Below are positions 53,139 through 63,248 of a stretch of 64,000 nucleotides of DNA, piece after piece. The DNA is from Longimicrobiales bacterium (GTDB taxonomy: Bacteria > Gemmatimonadota > Gemmatimonadetes > Longimicrobiales > Gaopeijiaceae): assembly GCA_965197725.1 (NCBI GenBank), contig CBDANQ010000032.1, forward strand, positions 1 to 64,000, in the 5' to 3' direction. The notes under the pieces were generated by a model. The model had not been told where the DNA came from. It did no database searches and saw only the letters and a program-made list of their open reading frames with translations. Position 1 is the first letter of the stretch. Each line of letters opens with the position of its first letter. The translations under genes were made by a program, and so were the position numbers.

Positions 53139-54398
53139 ATGCGGACGAGAGTGTCTTCGGTTTTGATGGTGGCGGCTTTCCTCTGTTTGGTTCTTCCCGC
53201 GGCGGCCCACGGCCAGCGAGGTGGGAGGGGTCAACCGATCCAGCTGCCGGAGGGACCCGGCCAGGAAACCGTCCAGGGCCGTTGCACGGAGTGCCACGGA
53301 CTCCGTCAGATCGTCAGCTCGACAGGGTACACGCAAGAGGGCTGGGAGGCGCTGGCCGCATCTATGGTCGCGCTGCCCAGCGATGAGGCCGACGTGATGG
53401 CGAGGTATTTGGCCGTGAACTTCCCGGTAAGGCCGGCGCCCGAGGCCGTCGTGATTCCGGGACCCGTCCAGGTGACCATCACGGAATGGATGGCTCCTTC
53501 GCTTGGCTCACGGCCTCATGACCCGCTCGCAGCCGCGGACGGCTCCGTGTGGTGGACGGGTCAATGGTCCAGCATGTTGGGACGGGTCGATCCGGCGACG
53601 GGCGCGATAAGGGAGTTCCCCCTGCCTCCGGAGTCAGGGCCCCACGGCTTGACCGAAGACCGTGCCGGCAATGTCTGGTTCACCGGCATTTCCCAGAACT
53701 ACATCGGCAAGCTCGACCCACGTACGGGAGATGTGACTCAGTACCCCGTGGCCGAGGCCGACGTCGTCCCCGACGGAGCCCGCGGTCCGCACACTCCGAT
53801 CTTCGCCCAGAACGGAACATTGTGGTTCACGCTCCAGTCGGGCATGGTGGGCCGGCTCATTCCCGAGACGGGCGAGATGAGAGTCGTCGCCACGCCCAGC
53901 GACAACACGTACCCGTATGGCATCCAGGTGAATTCACAGGGTGTCCCCTGGTACGTCGATTTCCGGGGCAACCGGGTGGGCAGCATCGATCCCGAGACGA
54001 TGGAGATCACGGAATACACGCTGCCGAGTCCCGATGCGCGCCCCAGGCGTCTCGCGCTGACGCCGGACGACGTGGTGTGGTACACCGACTACGCGCGCGG
54101 TTATCTGGGGCGCTTCGATCCCGCGACCGGCGAAGTCGGCGAATGGCCCTCTCCTGGCGGTCCCCAGTCCCGACCCTATGGCATCGCCGCCGTGGGCAAC
54201 GCCGTCTGGTACAGCGAATCGGGCGTGAGGCACGATACGCTCGTGCGCTTCGACACTGAGACTGAGGCGTTCCAGACGTGGTTGATCCCGTCGGGTGGAG
54301 GCGTCGTCCGCAACATGATGGCGACCCTGGATGGCAACCTCGTGTTGGCCTGCAGCGGCGTGAATCGCGTCGCCCTGGTAGAAATCAGGAAGAACTGA
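53139..54398 (+). CDS. Secreted Vgb (virginiamycin B lyase)-like beta-propeller with N-terminal c-type haem motif
   Basis: Signal peptide, CTECH, repeated PH/PYG...G.VWFT...GR.DP.TG blades. Confidence 0.82.
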   Translation: MRTRVSSVLMVAAFLCLVLPAAAHGQRGGRGQPIQLPEGPGQETVQGRCTECHGLRQIVSSTGYTQEGWEALAASMVALPSDEADVMARYLAVNFPVRPAPEAVVIPGPVQVTITEWMAPSLGSRPHDPLAAADGSVWWTGQWSSMLGRVDPATGAIREFPLPPESGPHGLTEDRAGNVWFTGISQNYIGKLDPRTGDVTQYPVAEADVVPDGARGPHTPIFAQNGTLWFTLQSGMVGRLIPETGEMRVVATPSDNTYPYGIQVNSQGVPWYVDFRGNRVGSIDPETMEITEYTLPSPDARPRRLALTPDDVVWYTDYARGYLGRFDPATGEVGEWPSPGGPQSRPYGIAAVGNAVWYSESGVRHDTLVRFDTETEAFQTWLIPSGGGVVRNMMATLDGNLVLACSGVNRVALVEIRKN

Positions 54399-54420
54399 GA
54401 GAAGCGCGCCGCTCATCCGC

Positions 54421-54656
54421 CCAGCCGAGGTAGGCGTCGAGGAAGTTGTTCGCAGTATTGGCGGGATTCCCGGGGACGACGTACGCGCGCCTAGCAGCCG
54501 CGGTCGCCGACGGGACCCGTTCGAGCATGGTGGCGCTCCAGCCGAGGTAGGCGTCGAGGAAGTTGTTCGCAGTATTGGCGGGATTCCCGGGGACGACGTA
54601 CGCGCGCCTAGCAGCCGCGGTCGCCGACGGGACCCGTTCGAGCATGGTGGCGCTCC
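54421..54656. repeat. Perfect 117-bp tandem duplication of a gene fragment
   Basis: Units start at 54421 and 54538; minus-strand peptide SATMLERV...NNFLDAYLGW occurs twice. Confidence 0.92.
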
Positions 54657-54960
54657 GTGAATCGATGCACGCTCCTGTGAGGGTGAAAAAGCCCAATGGC
54701 TGAGCTACTCGACCAGTTTCGATCAGTGGTTGCGTGTCAACGCCGCACGGCACTAGTTTTTTTTGGTCACAGAATTTATGGGTGGGTGTGGCACAAGGCA
54801 TGAGCATTTCCCGCAACCGTCGGGCAGTTCAAGCAGTGATGCCGTTGCCCACCCGGGGCGACAACTACGACGGGACGCCGATATCGAATTCAGCCCACTA
54901 TTCGGGCGATCGCCAGGCGTAACCGGGTCGCGGCCAAGCACAGAAAGGGAGTGGAGACGT

Positions 54961-56856
54961 ATGAAGATCCGCCCATCGTTAAACATCGTGGGTGCCCTCG
55001 TGCTGGTGGCGCTGATCTCCACCGAAGCGACTTCGGCGGTGGTTCAGGGATCGCCCTCCGAGTGGCCCGTCGTCGATGCGGCCCAACGCGGGGACGTGGC
55101 GGCGCTGCGGGAGCTGATCAGACAGGGCGCGGACGCCAATCAGGCGTCAGGGGACGGAATGACCGCGCTGCACTGGGCTGCGGAGCGAGGCGAGGCGCAG
55201 GTGGCGACGTTGCTGCTTGGCGCCGGAGGGAACGTGCATGCGGGCACCAGGATCGGGAGCTACACACCGCTTCACCTTGCGAGCAGGTCCGGAACCGCAT
55301 CGGTCGTCAAGGTGCTGCTCGAGGCTGGAAGCGACGCGAACGCCACCACGACCAATAGTGGGACGAGCCCGCTGCACTTGGCGGCCCGGGCGGGCAACCC
55401 TGAGGCCGTCGGTCTTCTGCTGGACCACGGCGCGGACATTCACGCCCGCGAGCCGGAGTGGGGACATACGCCGCTGTTCTTCGCCGCGGACCGCAACCGC
55501 GCGGCGGCGATCAAAGTGTTGCTGGAGCGTGGTGCGGACCCGGAGATGACCGCACCGGTCATTGATGTTCCTTTCCGGGCCGCCGTGGATCAGGCGTCGG
55601 CGCGAACCATGTGGGAGTTGCTGAGCCAGTTCCAGCAGGAGGAGGCAGAGGCGAGTGGGAATCCGGAGCGACTCAGCATCAGCGAGATATCGAGTGGGGG
55701 TCTGTGGCGACCCACCCCCGGGCAGTTGCGGGTGGCGGTTGAAGCAATGCGGGACTTTCAGCGAGCCGGTGAGGCAAACGTAGAAGAGGAGCAGGCCTTT
55801 AACCGGCCGGCTTTCTTTGGGGACGACGGGGACGCTCTGTCGAGTCGGGTGAAGCATAGCAAGGCGAAGCTCGTCGGCACGATGGGCGGCCTGACCGCCC
55901 TGCACCACGCGGCTAGAAACGGGTTTGTAGAGGCCACGCTGGCGCTGCTCGACGGGGACGCCGACATCAACGGAGTCAGTGCGGCGGACGGGAGCAGCCC
56001 CTTGCTGGTGGCCGCGGTCAATGGCCAGTTCGACTTAGCCATGGTCCTGCTGGAGCGTGGTGCGGATCACTCGCTGGCCAGTTCTCATACGGGCTTGCGT
56101 CCCCTGTACGCGGTCATCGACATCAAATGGTCACCCAAGTCGCACTATGCACAGCCGCCGACCCCTGAAAGGCAGAGGGTGACCCACCTGGAGCTGATGA
56201 AGGCGCTGCTGGATGCTGGAGCAGATCCGAACGCCCGGCTCACGGGTGACCATCAGGTGTGGTACACCTTGGGCAGGTTCGACCCCGGTAGTTTGGGCGC
56301 GTCGCCGTTCTACCGGTCCGCGTTGGCCTTGGACGTGGATGCCATGCGCATGCTGGTCGCCTACGGGGCGGATCACACCGTTGGCACTAAGAAGGCACCG
56401 CCCAGGCCAATTCAGTTACCGCAGAGGGTGCTAAAGGAGTGGCCACCCGACCCCACCGGGCTGCCTGAGATTCCCGCGGGTGGGCCGGCCGCGTACCCGA
56501 TCCACGCGGCGACGGGCCTGGAATACGGTCTGAGCTCCGTCGGGAACACGCATCGGTTCGTGCCGGACAACTGGCTACACGCGGTGAAGTACCTCGTCGA
56601 GGAACTCGGCCACGACGTGAACCTCAGAGACGACAAGGGCACCACTCCCCTGCACAACGCCGCCGCGAGGGGAGATAACGAGCTGATCTTGTACCTTATC
56701 GAGCAAGGCGCCGACGTAATGCTCGAGAATCGCCGGGCTCAGAGCGTGGCCGACTTCGCCAACGGGCCCCACATACGCGCGCCTCCGTTGCCAGAGACGG
56801 TACGGCTACTGGAATCCCTGGGCTCGATCAACAACCACAACTGTATAACATGCTGA
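54961..56856 (+). CDS. Secreted ankyrin-repeat protein
   Basis: Signal peptide after GGAG; repeats GMTALHWAA, YTPLHLAS, TSPLHLAA, LTALHHAA and GTTPLHNAA. Confidence 0.92.
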   Translation: MKIRPSLNIVGALVLVALISTEATSAVVQGSPSEWPVVDAAQRGDVAALRELIRQGADANQASGDGMTALHWAAERGEAQVATLLLGAGGNVHAGTRIGSYTPLHLASRSGTASVVKVLLEAGSDANATTTNSGTSPLHLAARAGNPEAVGLLLDHGADIHAREPEWGHTPLFFAADRNRAAAIKVLLERGADPEMTAPVIDVPFRAAVDQASARTMWELLSQFQQEEAEASGNPERLSISEISSGGLWRPTPGQLRVAVEAMRDFQRAGEANVEEEQAFNRPAFFGDDGDALSSRVKHSKAKLVGTMGGLTALHHAARNGFVEATLALLDGDADINGVSAADGSSPLLVAAVNGQFDLAMVLLERGADHSLASSHTGLRPLYAVIDIKWSPKSHYAQPPTPERQRVTHLELMKALLDAGADPNARLTGDHQVWYTLGRFDPGSLGASPFYRSALALDVDAMRMLVAYGADHTVGTKKAPPRPIQLPQRVLKEWPPDPTGLPEIPAGGPAAYPIHAATGLEYGLSSVGNTHRFVPDNWLHAVKYLVEELGHDVNLRDDKGTTPLHNAAARGDNELILYLIEQGADVMLENRRAQSVADFANGPHIRAPPLPETVRLLESLGSINNHNCITC

Positions 56857-57265
56857 AGTGACTGCGACCGCAGGGTGGGCGCGCCGGGCCAGGTGACGAC
56901 GGAGGGGGAGGAGACGACCGACAGCCGAGGGGATCGGGAAAGGCGATCGGGCGTACCAGCGGCCGAGGGATCCCAAGGCGACCCCCAAGGGCCCCCATGG
57001 GTCCCATCTTTATACTTATACCCTCACACGGCGATTTTTTGGGTTGGATTTTACACTCAGTGAGTATAAACAGCGGTGCTCATCCTCTACTGACTAGCAG
57101 GGCCATCCGTCCACGCCTGAACGCCCCGCCGTGTGCCCGCGTCCTAAGGTCTGGCGCCAAGCCGACTACTCGACGCATCCTGTTGGCTGTGAGTGCGGCC
57201 CGATAGGTGGATGCTGAAGCGGGTCCGGAGGGTTCACGAAAAGGAGTTGACCGCGTGGGCGAAGC

Positions 57266-57679
57266 ATGATCGAGTACATCGAAGATTGCGCGAATGTGGA
57301 TTCGGACCAGCTTGGGGGCTTCTTCGAGGGTTGGCCGAACCCGCCGACACCGGAAACTCACCTCCGCATGCTCAGATCCAGCTCAAACTTGGTTCTCGCC
57401 GTGGCCCAAGACGGCCACGTCGTTGGTTTTGTCACCGCCATCTCGGACGGGGTGCTGTCGGCATATATCCCGTTCCTTGAAGTTCTGCCCTCGTACCGCA
57501 GGCGAGGCATCGGTCATGAGCTCGTGCGCCGTCTCCTGGCCCAGCTGAGCAGCTTCTATTCGATCGATCTGCACTGCGATTCGGAGCTTGAAACGTTCTA
57601 TGAGGAGCTCGGCATGCGGCCTCTGGGCGGCATGGCTATCCGAAATTATGCAGCGCAGTCAGGTCGGCACGCGGTCTAA
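57266..57679 (+). CDS. GNAT acetyltransferase (integron cassette)
   Basis: LEVLPSYRRRGIGHEL motif A; stop TAA lies inside the attC R'' box GTCTAAC. Confidence 0.9.
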   Translation: MIEYIEDCANVDSDQLGGFFEGWPNPPTPETHLRMLRSSSNLVLAVAQDGHVVGFVTAISDGVLSAYIPFLEVLPSYRRRGIGHELVRRLLAQLSSFYSIDLHCDSELETFYEELGMRPLGGMAIRNYAAQSGRHAV

Positions 57680-57773
57680 CACAAGCGATTGCTTGCAGTC
57701 GCGGTAAGCATCAGGCTCGCGCACTTCGCGTGCGGTCACCATTGGTGTCGCGCAGAATCGCGAGAGGTTAGAA
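57674..57773 (+). other. attC recombination site
   Basis: R'' GTCTAAC, L'' GCGATT(G)CTTGC, L' GCAGAATCGC and R' GTTAGAA; about 100 bp. Confidence 0.8.
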
Positions 57774-57788
57774 AGCCCCTTCCACTGA

Positions 57789-58256
57789 GTGGCGAGAACA
57801 TTGGCTGAAGTAAGACGTAGGCCACTGCCCCCTGTCCTATTCTTTGGTGCTCTAGTTGGCCAATGGGCAGCGCATAAGCTGGTTCCGGTTGCCGTGGTAT
57901 TGCCGGAAGCTTGGCGGACGCTTGGAGTAGTCCCAATCGTCCTAGGTCTGGTGCTCATGATCCTTGCGGTCCGTCGATTCCGGGCCGCGAATACTCCGAT
58001 CAAGCCTTTCGACACACCCTCCTCAATCGTGATCACCGGCCCGTTCCGGTTCAGTCGGAATCCGATGTACTTGGCGATGCTTCTCGTACTCTTCGGTGGA
58101 GCCGTGGCGTGGGGCACGCTTTCTCCATTCTTCTTCCCGCCGTTACTGGCCTGGTTGCTCACGATCGGGTTTATCCGGGTAGAAGAGGCTTCGATGGGGA
58201 GGTCGTTTGGATCAGAGTACGAGGACTACAAGGGCCGAGTTCGCCGCTGGCTATAG
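57789..58256 (+). CDS. Isoprenylcysteine carboxyl methyltransferase/PEMT family protein (cassette)
   Basis: TGPFRFSRNPMYL, IRVEE and YEDYKGRVRRWL. Confidence 0.9.
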   Translation: MARTLAEVRRRPLPPVLFFGALVGQWAAHKLVPVAVVLPEAWRTLGVVPIVLGLVLMILAVRRFRAANTPIKPFDTPSSIVITGPFRFSRNPMYLAMLLVLFGGAVAWGTLSPFFFPPLLAWLLTIGFIRVEEASMGRSFGSEYEDYKGRVRRWL

Positions 58257-58261
58257 GAGCT

Positions 58262-58376
58262 GGGCTTTCAGAAGCGGGGACTGCTGCTGCCACGGCACGG
58301 GTTGCCATGTCGGGGTAGGCGCGCTACGCCTCCGGTCACGATTCTTGTCGCGCAGCAGAATCGCGAGACGTTAGGC
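58262..58376 (+). other. Degenerate attC (R'' TAAC lost)
   Basis: GGGCTTTC complements the cassette start GTTAGAAAGCCC; ends GCAGCAGAATCGCGAGAC-GTTAGGC like the first attC. Confidence 0.7.
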
Positions 58377-58390
58377 AGCGGACCCGTCAT

Positions 58391-58935
58391 TCAGGAGTTG
58401 TCTAACAAGTTGGCCTCTACTTCGGCTACTCCCTTCGGAGAAACAGCCACCATTTCGGTCTCCTGATCGTACTCCGCCAGTCGCGCCTTGTGGAGTTTCT
58501 TGAGCACGTCCCGCCGATAAACCGATCCGCTGGAGTGTTCCGTCCACGCCACTAGATCCTCCATTGGCACGGCTGAGTCTGGGGCTTGCGTATAGCAGGA
58601 GCAGGGTCTGTTCCGAATACGTCAACTTGGGGTTCAGGATGCGGCGTTTTCCCGAACACGTCCCATATCTGCGGGAGCTGCCGCACAGCGATCGCGTCAC
58701 ATATCGCCTGGGCCTCCTCAAGCGAAATCGTGTGGCTCAGACGGATGAGTTCGCAGATACACCAGTCGGCGATTCGCACTCCCGTGGCTGCGTCGATCTC
58801 GTTGGCGTCGACATCTCCGCGCTGGAGGAATCTCAGCATCGAGAGCGCAACGGGAAGCAGTCACGAACACAGTAACAGCGCCCCTGATCGTGGGTGATCG
58901 CCCATGATCGTGACACGTAGGAATCAAGCGGATAC
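58391..58935 (-). pseudogene. Fragmented hypothetical gene in a third, antisense cassette cut at the island end
   Basis: Protein-like pieces in three frames (GDVDANEIDAAT..IADWCICELIR; RILNPKLTYSEQTLLLLY; YRRDVLKKLH). Confidence 0.5.
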
Positions 58936-59147
58936 CAGCGTTGGCGAGCGTCCTGCCGGAGTCTTTTAATCCGTAGGTCGTGGGTTCGAGACCCACCCGG
59001 GTCATTGGGCGGGAGTCCTTGGTTTACAGGGGCGTCCGCCTTTCTTGTGTCGCTGAGTTAGAGCCGAAAGTAGGCCTTGGTACCCCAACTGGGGCCCAAA
59101 AAACTCGGGTTACCTCAGGAGTACTGGCCCTCCAGCGCGAGCGACAC

Positions 59148-60604
59148 GAAGGTGTCCCCGGCTCAGTTGAAGGTGGTGACTCCGAGGCTTTCGTGATTAA
59201 CCTGCCATCTTCATTTCGGCAACCGGCTCGCGGTCATCGAGGTGAGCTTTGAGCATCCAGAGTTGGTCGAAGCCGACGATGCGTCGGTAGTTCTTCTCGG
59301 TCTCGACGAAGGAGGCTGCGGCCCATCTCAGTGCCATCGCTCCGTTCTTCCAGTTCGTCACCCTATAGGTCTTCTGCCTCACGCCTGCGTGGGTGCTGTC
59401 GATCAGGTTCGTGGTGCCGAGGCACTTCCTCAGCCGAGGCGGTAGCCCAAGCCGGTTGATTGTGAACATCTCACCCAGCCCCTCCCTCAGGCTCGCTGCG
59501 GCCGACGGCTGATCTCGTTCAAGCCACCGCGCGAGCTGCTCGAGTTTCTGCACGCCGTCCCTCGCATCGAGCTTCCATGCTGCGCGGATCGCGGCCTTCA
59601 CCTGCGGGTGCTGATCCTTCGGTAGGTGAGCGAGCACGTTTCTGAGCTTGTGATTTCGGCATCTCTGGACCGAGTGGCCCGCGCCGAACACCTGAACAAT
59701 CGCCTTCCGTAACGCCTTCGAGCCATCGATCACGAACAGGCGTCGACACTCGGGGTCCAGACCCCGCTCGACCAGATCCTGCAGCAGGGCCGTCGTCACT
59801 TCGGTGTTCTCACTCGCTCCCTGCCGCATCCCCAGCACGTGCTTCTTGCCGTCCGTGTCCACGCCCACAGCCGCAAGTACGTGGTGCGCACCGAGTTGGA
59901 TACCGTCCAGGTAGATCACCAACAGATCCCATGCGTCCAGCCGCCGCTCCATCAGCTCCTTCAGCACGCGCTCCGACGCTTCGATCGTCTCGCGGCTCAC
60001 CGACGACTTGCTCACCCCCACCGTGTCGGCCATCTCGCCGATCACCTGGCCGTATTTCCGGGTGCTCACACCTGCCATCAGGATCTCCAACATTCGGTCC
60101 GCCATGGCGCCCGGCCTGCGCATCGCCTCGTACGCTGGCACCTCGACCTCGCCGCCCTGGCCGCCAGTCCGCTCACGCAGCCGAGGCCGCTGGATACGGA
60201 CCTTTCGGTCCGACAGGTAGACCTGACCGCCCTGGCGGCCGTACCAGACCGTCGCCCCCTCCTCGCGTGCCTTGCCCGATTGCTTCGGGCCCGCCACACC
60301 TTCGGCGCTCATCTCGAGTACCGCCTCGATCGTCGCTCGGCCCATCACCTGGACGACTTCGTCGATCGCGAGCTCCGTGTGCTCTACGAGCTCGACCATC
60401 GGCAGCAGGAACTGGCCTTCTCGCTTCACGAACTCAGCCATCGCACGCCTGTCCGTGTCACTCGCTACTTCGTACGTTCTCTTCATCGTGGTGGCTCCGT
60501 TTTTGGGTTTTTAGCGCACCCGATCCTATCGGATCGGGCACCCTCGGAGCCACCACTTTTCTTTTCCCTCTTCAGGGACCTTCAACTACGGCTGGGTCAG
60601 CTTC
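59148..60604 (-). mobile_element. IS256-family element (transposase 59197-60486) with 8-bp TSD AGCGACAC
   Basis: IRs GAAGGTGTCCC..AGTTGAAGGT and GAAGCTGACCC..AGTTGAAGGT; TSD at 59140-47 and 60605-12; GVSTRK, YLDG, VIDG and QRCRNHK. Confidence 0.93.
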
Positions 60605-60605
60605 A

Positions 60606-60777
60606 GCGACACACCTTCGCCACCCAGCTCCTCCGGGACGGCGTCGACGTACGTACAGGCCAGAAACTCATGGGTCAAAAAGACATCCGGACCACCATGA
60701 TCTATCTCCGTGCCATCGACCAGATCGGCCTGGGCGTGCGCAGCCCGCTCGACCGACCGGACGGCGCAAAGCGATGA
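60606..60777 (+). pseudogene. C-terminal remnant of a second integron-type integrase
   Basis: RHTFATQLLRDGVDVRTGQKLMGQKDIRTTMIYL...GVRSPLD. Confidence 0.8.
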
Positions 60778-60975
60778 AGGCGTGAGGAAGCCCGCGATTA
60801 AGTAGCGGAGCGAGGAACCTCCCCCCGCCCGTTGACAGGGGCTCTAACGCAGCGGGTGGACTAGGTCGTCGCTGGGAAGATGTAGAGGGGGCCGAAGTAG
60901 CTATGCGGTCGCCCACCGTGGGGGACCAACGTACGTGCGCAACCCTGTCCCCCAGCCAGCCGTTCCTCCCCGCCG

Positions 60976-61959
60976 ATGTCAAGACCCGATTCGTCCAAGG
61001 GGCCGCCCAGGTTACTGGCGCGAGTCCGGAGGTGTTGCCGTGCGCGCCATTTCAGCAAGCGTACGGAGGACGTCTACGTTCGCTGGACCCGGGACTACGT
61101 GCGGCACCAGGGGACACGCCACCCGAGCGAGCTGGGAGCTGCCCATGTGGCTGTCTTCCTGTCGCATCTGGCGACCGAACGGCACGTGAGTCCATCAACC
61201 CAGCGTCAGGCCGCGAGTGCACTCAGATTCCTCTACGACGAAGTGCTGACGCAGCCTATCGACCTCCCGCAAGGGATCGCGAGTCCGCGGAGGCGGATGA
61301 AGCTTCCCGTAGTCCTCGATAGAGAGGAGGTCCGAGCTCTCCTCAATGAGCTTCAAGGCACGCACGAACTCGTCGCTAGAAACCTCTATGGCTCTGGTCT
61401 TCGGCTCATGGAAGGCATGCGCTTGCGAGTCAAGGATGTAGATCCGCGGCGTGGAGAGACCCTCGTGCGGAATGGCAAAGGGGGCAACGATCGGATCACA
61501 GTACTGCCTGAATCGCTCGCTCCAATGGTCGTTCGGCAAGTCGAGAGGGTCCGTGAGCAACACCAAAGGGACACCGCTGCCGGCGCGGGCTGGGTTGCGC
61601 TGCCAGGAGCGTTCGCACAGAAGCACCCCGGAGCGGGTCGCGAGCTCGCTTGGCAGTACCTCTTCCCGGCCACCCGTATCCACTGGGACCCAGCAACCGG
61701 ACAGGGCCGTCGGCACCATCTGCACGAGTCGGCGGTCCAACGAGCGGTCAAGTCCGCGGTCCGAGGGGCCGGCATCACCAAGCGCGCCAGCTGTCACTCC
61801 CTCCGACACTCGTTCGCGACACACCTACTCGAGGACGGTTACGACATCCGCACCATACAGGAGCTGCTCGGACACCGAAGTGTGCGAACGACCATGATCT
61901 ACACGCATGTGTTGAACCGCGGCGGGCGTGGCGTCCGGAGCCCACTGGATTCGTTGTAA
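60976..61959 (+). CDS. intI: Integron integrase, apparently intact
   Basis: R-K-HxxR-H-Y set (LYGSGLR, GKG, HSLRH, LGH, IYTH) plus the IntI-specific insertion (VALPGA..KHP.AGRELAWQYLFPA...RRHHLHES). Confidence 0.95.
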   Translation: MSRPDSSKGPPRLLARVRRCCRARHFSKRTEDVYVRWTRDYVRHQGTRHPSELGAAHVAVFLSHLATERHVSPSTQRQAASALRFLYDEVLTQPIDLPQGIASPRRRMKLPVVLDREEVRALLNELQGTHELVARNLYGSGLRLMEGMRLRVKDVDPRRGETLVRNGKGGNDRITVLPESLAPMVVRQVERVREQHQRDTAAGAGWVALPGAFAQKHPGAGRELAWQYLFPATRIHWDPATGQGRRHHLHESAVQRAVKSAVRGAGITKRASCHSLRHSFATHLLEDGYDIRTIQELLGHRSVRTTMIYTHVLNRGGRGVRSPLDSL

Positions 61960-62284
61960 GGCGCCGGCCCGAAGCCCGCTATCTTGCGCCGCGTCAAGAA
62001 CCTGGACGCCCCTGCGGCCATTCCGCACAGCCCCGTACTTGCGCACTCGGGTCGAAAGCGTGCATCTGTGGGCGGAATGGCCCTCAAGAGTCAGGACTGT
62101 AGGGTGAGAGAAGGCTGAAGTCCGCGCGATCTCCTCGTCTCGGTTCGGGTGCCGACCCCTCGCGCGTTGGGATTGTGGCGCGTGAGGCCAGGTACGGAAC
62201 TCGACCAGGAGGCTCGTAGGTCATGTCAGACGCAGGGTTGTGGCCGTATAGGCCATGACAAAGGACCGCGGGCCGAGCGAGAGT

Positions 62285-62320
62285 TGTTGCGACCGACCTC
62301 GGTCTAGAAGACGTTAGAAC
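62285..62320 (+). other. Putative attI core (GTTAGAA at 62313)
   Basis: GTT core 23 bp before a cassette-like ORF, without the attC L' sequence seen at the other sites. Confidence 0.5.
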
Positions 62321-62335
62321 GCACTCGAGACGCCG

Positions 62336-62590
62336 ATGCCGACTCAAGCTGACCTTATCTCGAAGTCTGACGAGTTGGTGGAGATCTTCGGGAGTTGGCC
62401 ATCCTTCCATGACTCCGAAGTAGTCGCGCTCCGGATGGAGCGGCACGGGGTTGATGAGTTCGATGGCCCAGAACTCTTCGTCACGTTTCACCTCTTCGAA
62501 GCGCGCCCCGACGAAGGCCGAGAGTCGGGAGCGTCGTGGCACAAACACACCCTGGCCACCCTGCGCTTCTCTCGTGTTTCCGAGCTCAAC
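62336..62590 (+). pseudogene. Imm50-like immunity protein, C-terminally truncated (first cassette)
   Basis: IFGSWPSFHDSEV...HTLATLRFSRVSEL resembles Imm50; fused to the IS110 3' region. Confidence 0.65.
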
Positions 62591-63002
62591 CGCGACCGAT
62601 GCGAGCCGCGAGGATGCTGAGCGCCTTGCCCTTGCCGTGGCGGCGCGCGAGCCTCTTGAGATGGCCCTGGCCGCGGACGTTGTCGCGTAGGAAGAGGACG
62701 GCAGCCTCGCTGAACGCCCACTTGAGGTGTGCGTTACCGATCTTGGCTCCTCCGCTGCCGACCCGCTTGCCTGCACTGCGGTGCTCGGGCTTGGCGAGTC
62801 GACAGTAGGAGCTGAAGCGCTGCACTGTGCTGAAGCGAGCGATGTCGTGGATCTCATAGAGCAGCGTGAGCGCCAGGATCCGACCGATGCCGGGGATGGT
62901 TCGGAGCCGCTCCAGCGTGTCGGAGTCGTGGACACGGGCTTCTTCTTCGACCGTACGCTCGAGTTCTCGGATCACGGGGTCGTAGCGATCGGCCAGGGCG
63001 CA

Positions 63003-63248
63003 ACGTGCTGGGTCCATCTGCCGAAGGATCAGCATCCTCAGGTGAAGGCGGCGTTCCGGGCGGCGATGAAGCTGGACGCGAAGCAGGGCGAGCAGAAGCT
63101 CGAGCAGCTTCGCCCGATGGCTCGAGCGCGACCACCCCTCGGCCGCAGCCAGCCTGCGCGAAGGGCCTCAGCGAGATGTTCACCATAAACCGGCTCGGCC
63201 TCCCACCGCGGCTGAGGAAGTGCCTGGGCTCGACCAACCTGATCGACA
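63003..63248 (+). pseudogene. Internal fragment of a paralogous IS256 transposase inside the IS110 gene
   Basis: HLPKDQHPQVKAAFRAAMKLD...GLPPRLRKCLGSTNLID; diverged from the 59197-60486 copy. Confidence 0.85.

Larger units (their letters stand above)
49714..59005. mobile_element. Genomic island in tRNA-Lys bounded by 43-bp direct repeats (49714-49756, 58963-59005); no integrase inside
   Basis: Exact repeat of the tRNA 3' half from the anticodon loop; tandem GGTCACAGTT x2 at ~49807-49828 resembles integrase arm sites. Confidence 0.88.

Noticed and set aside
53139..54398. Streptogramin B resistance gene
   Set aside because: The signal peptide and haem domain differ from cytoplasmic Vgb; fold similarity alone is insufficient
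54421..54656. CRISPR array
   Set aside because: Two adjacent 117-bp units, no spacers and no cas genes
58963..59005. Second tRNA-Lys gene
   Set aside because: Only the 3' half is present; it is the att repeat
60842..60848. Canonical upstream attI (minus-strand GTTAGAG)
   Set aside because: No divergent cassette or minus-oriented attC follows; kept only as an alternative to test
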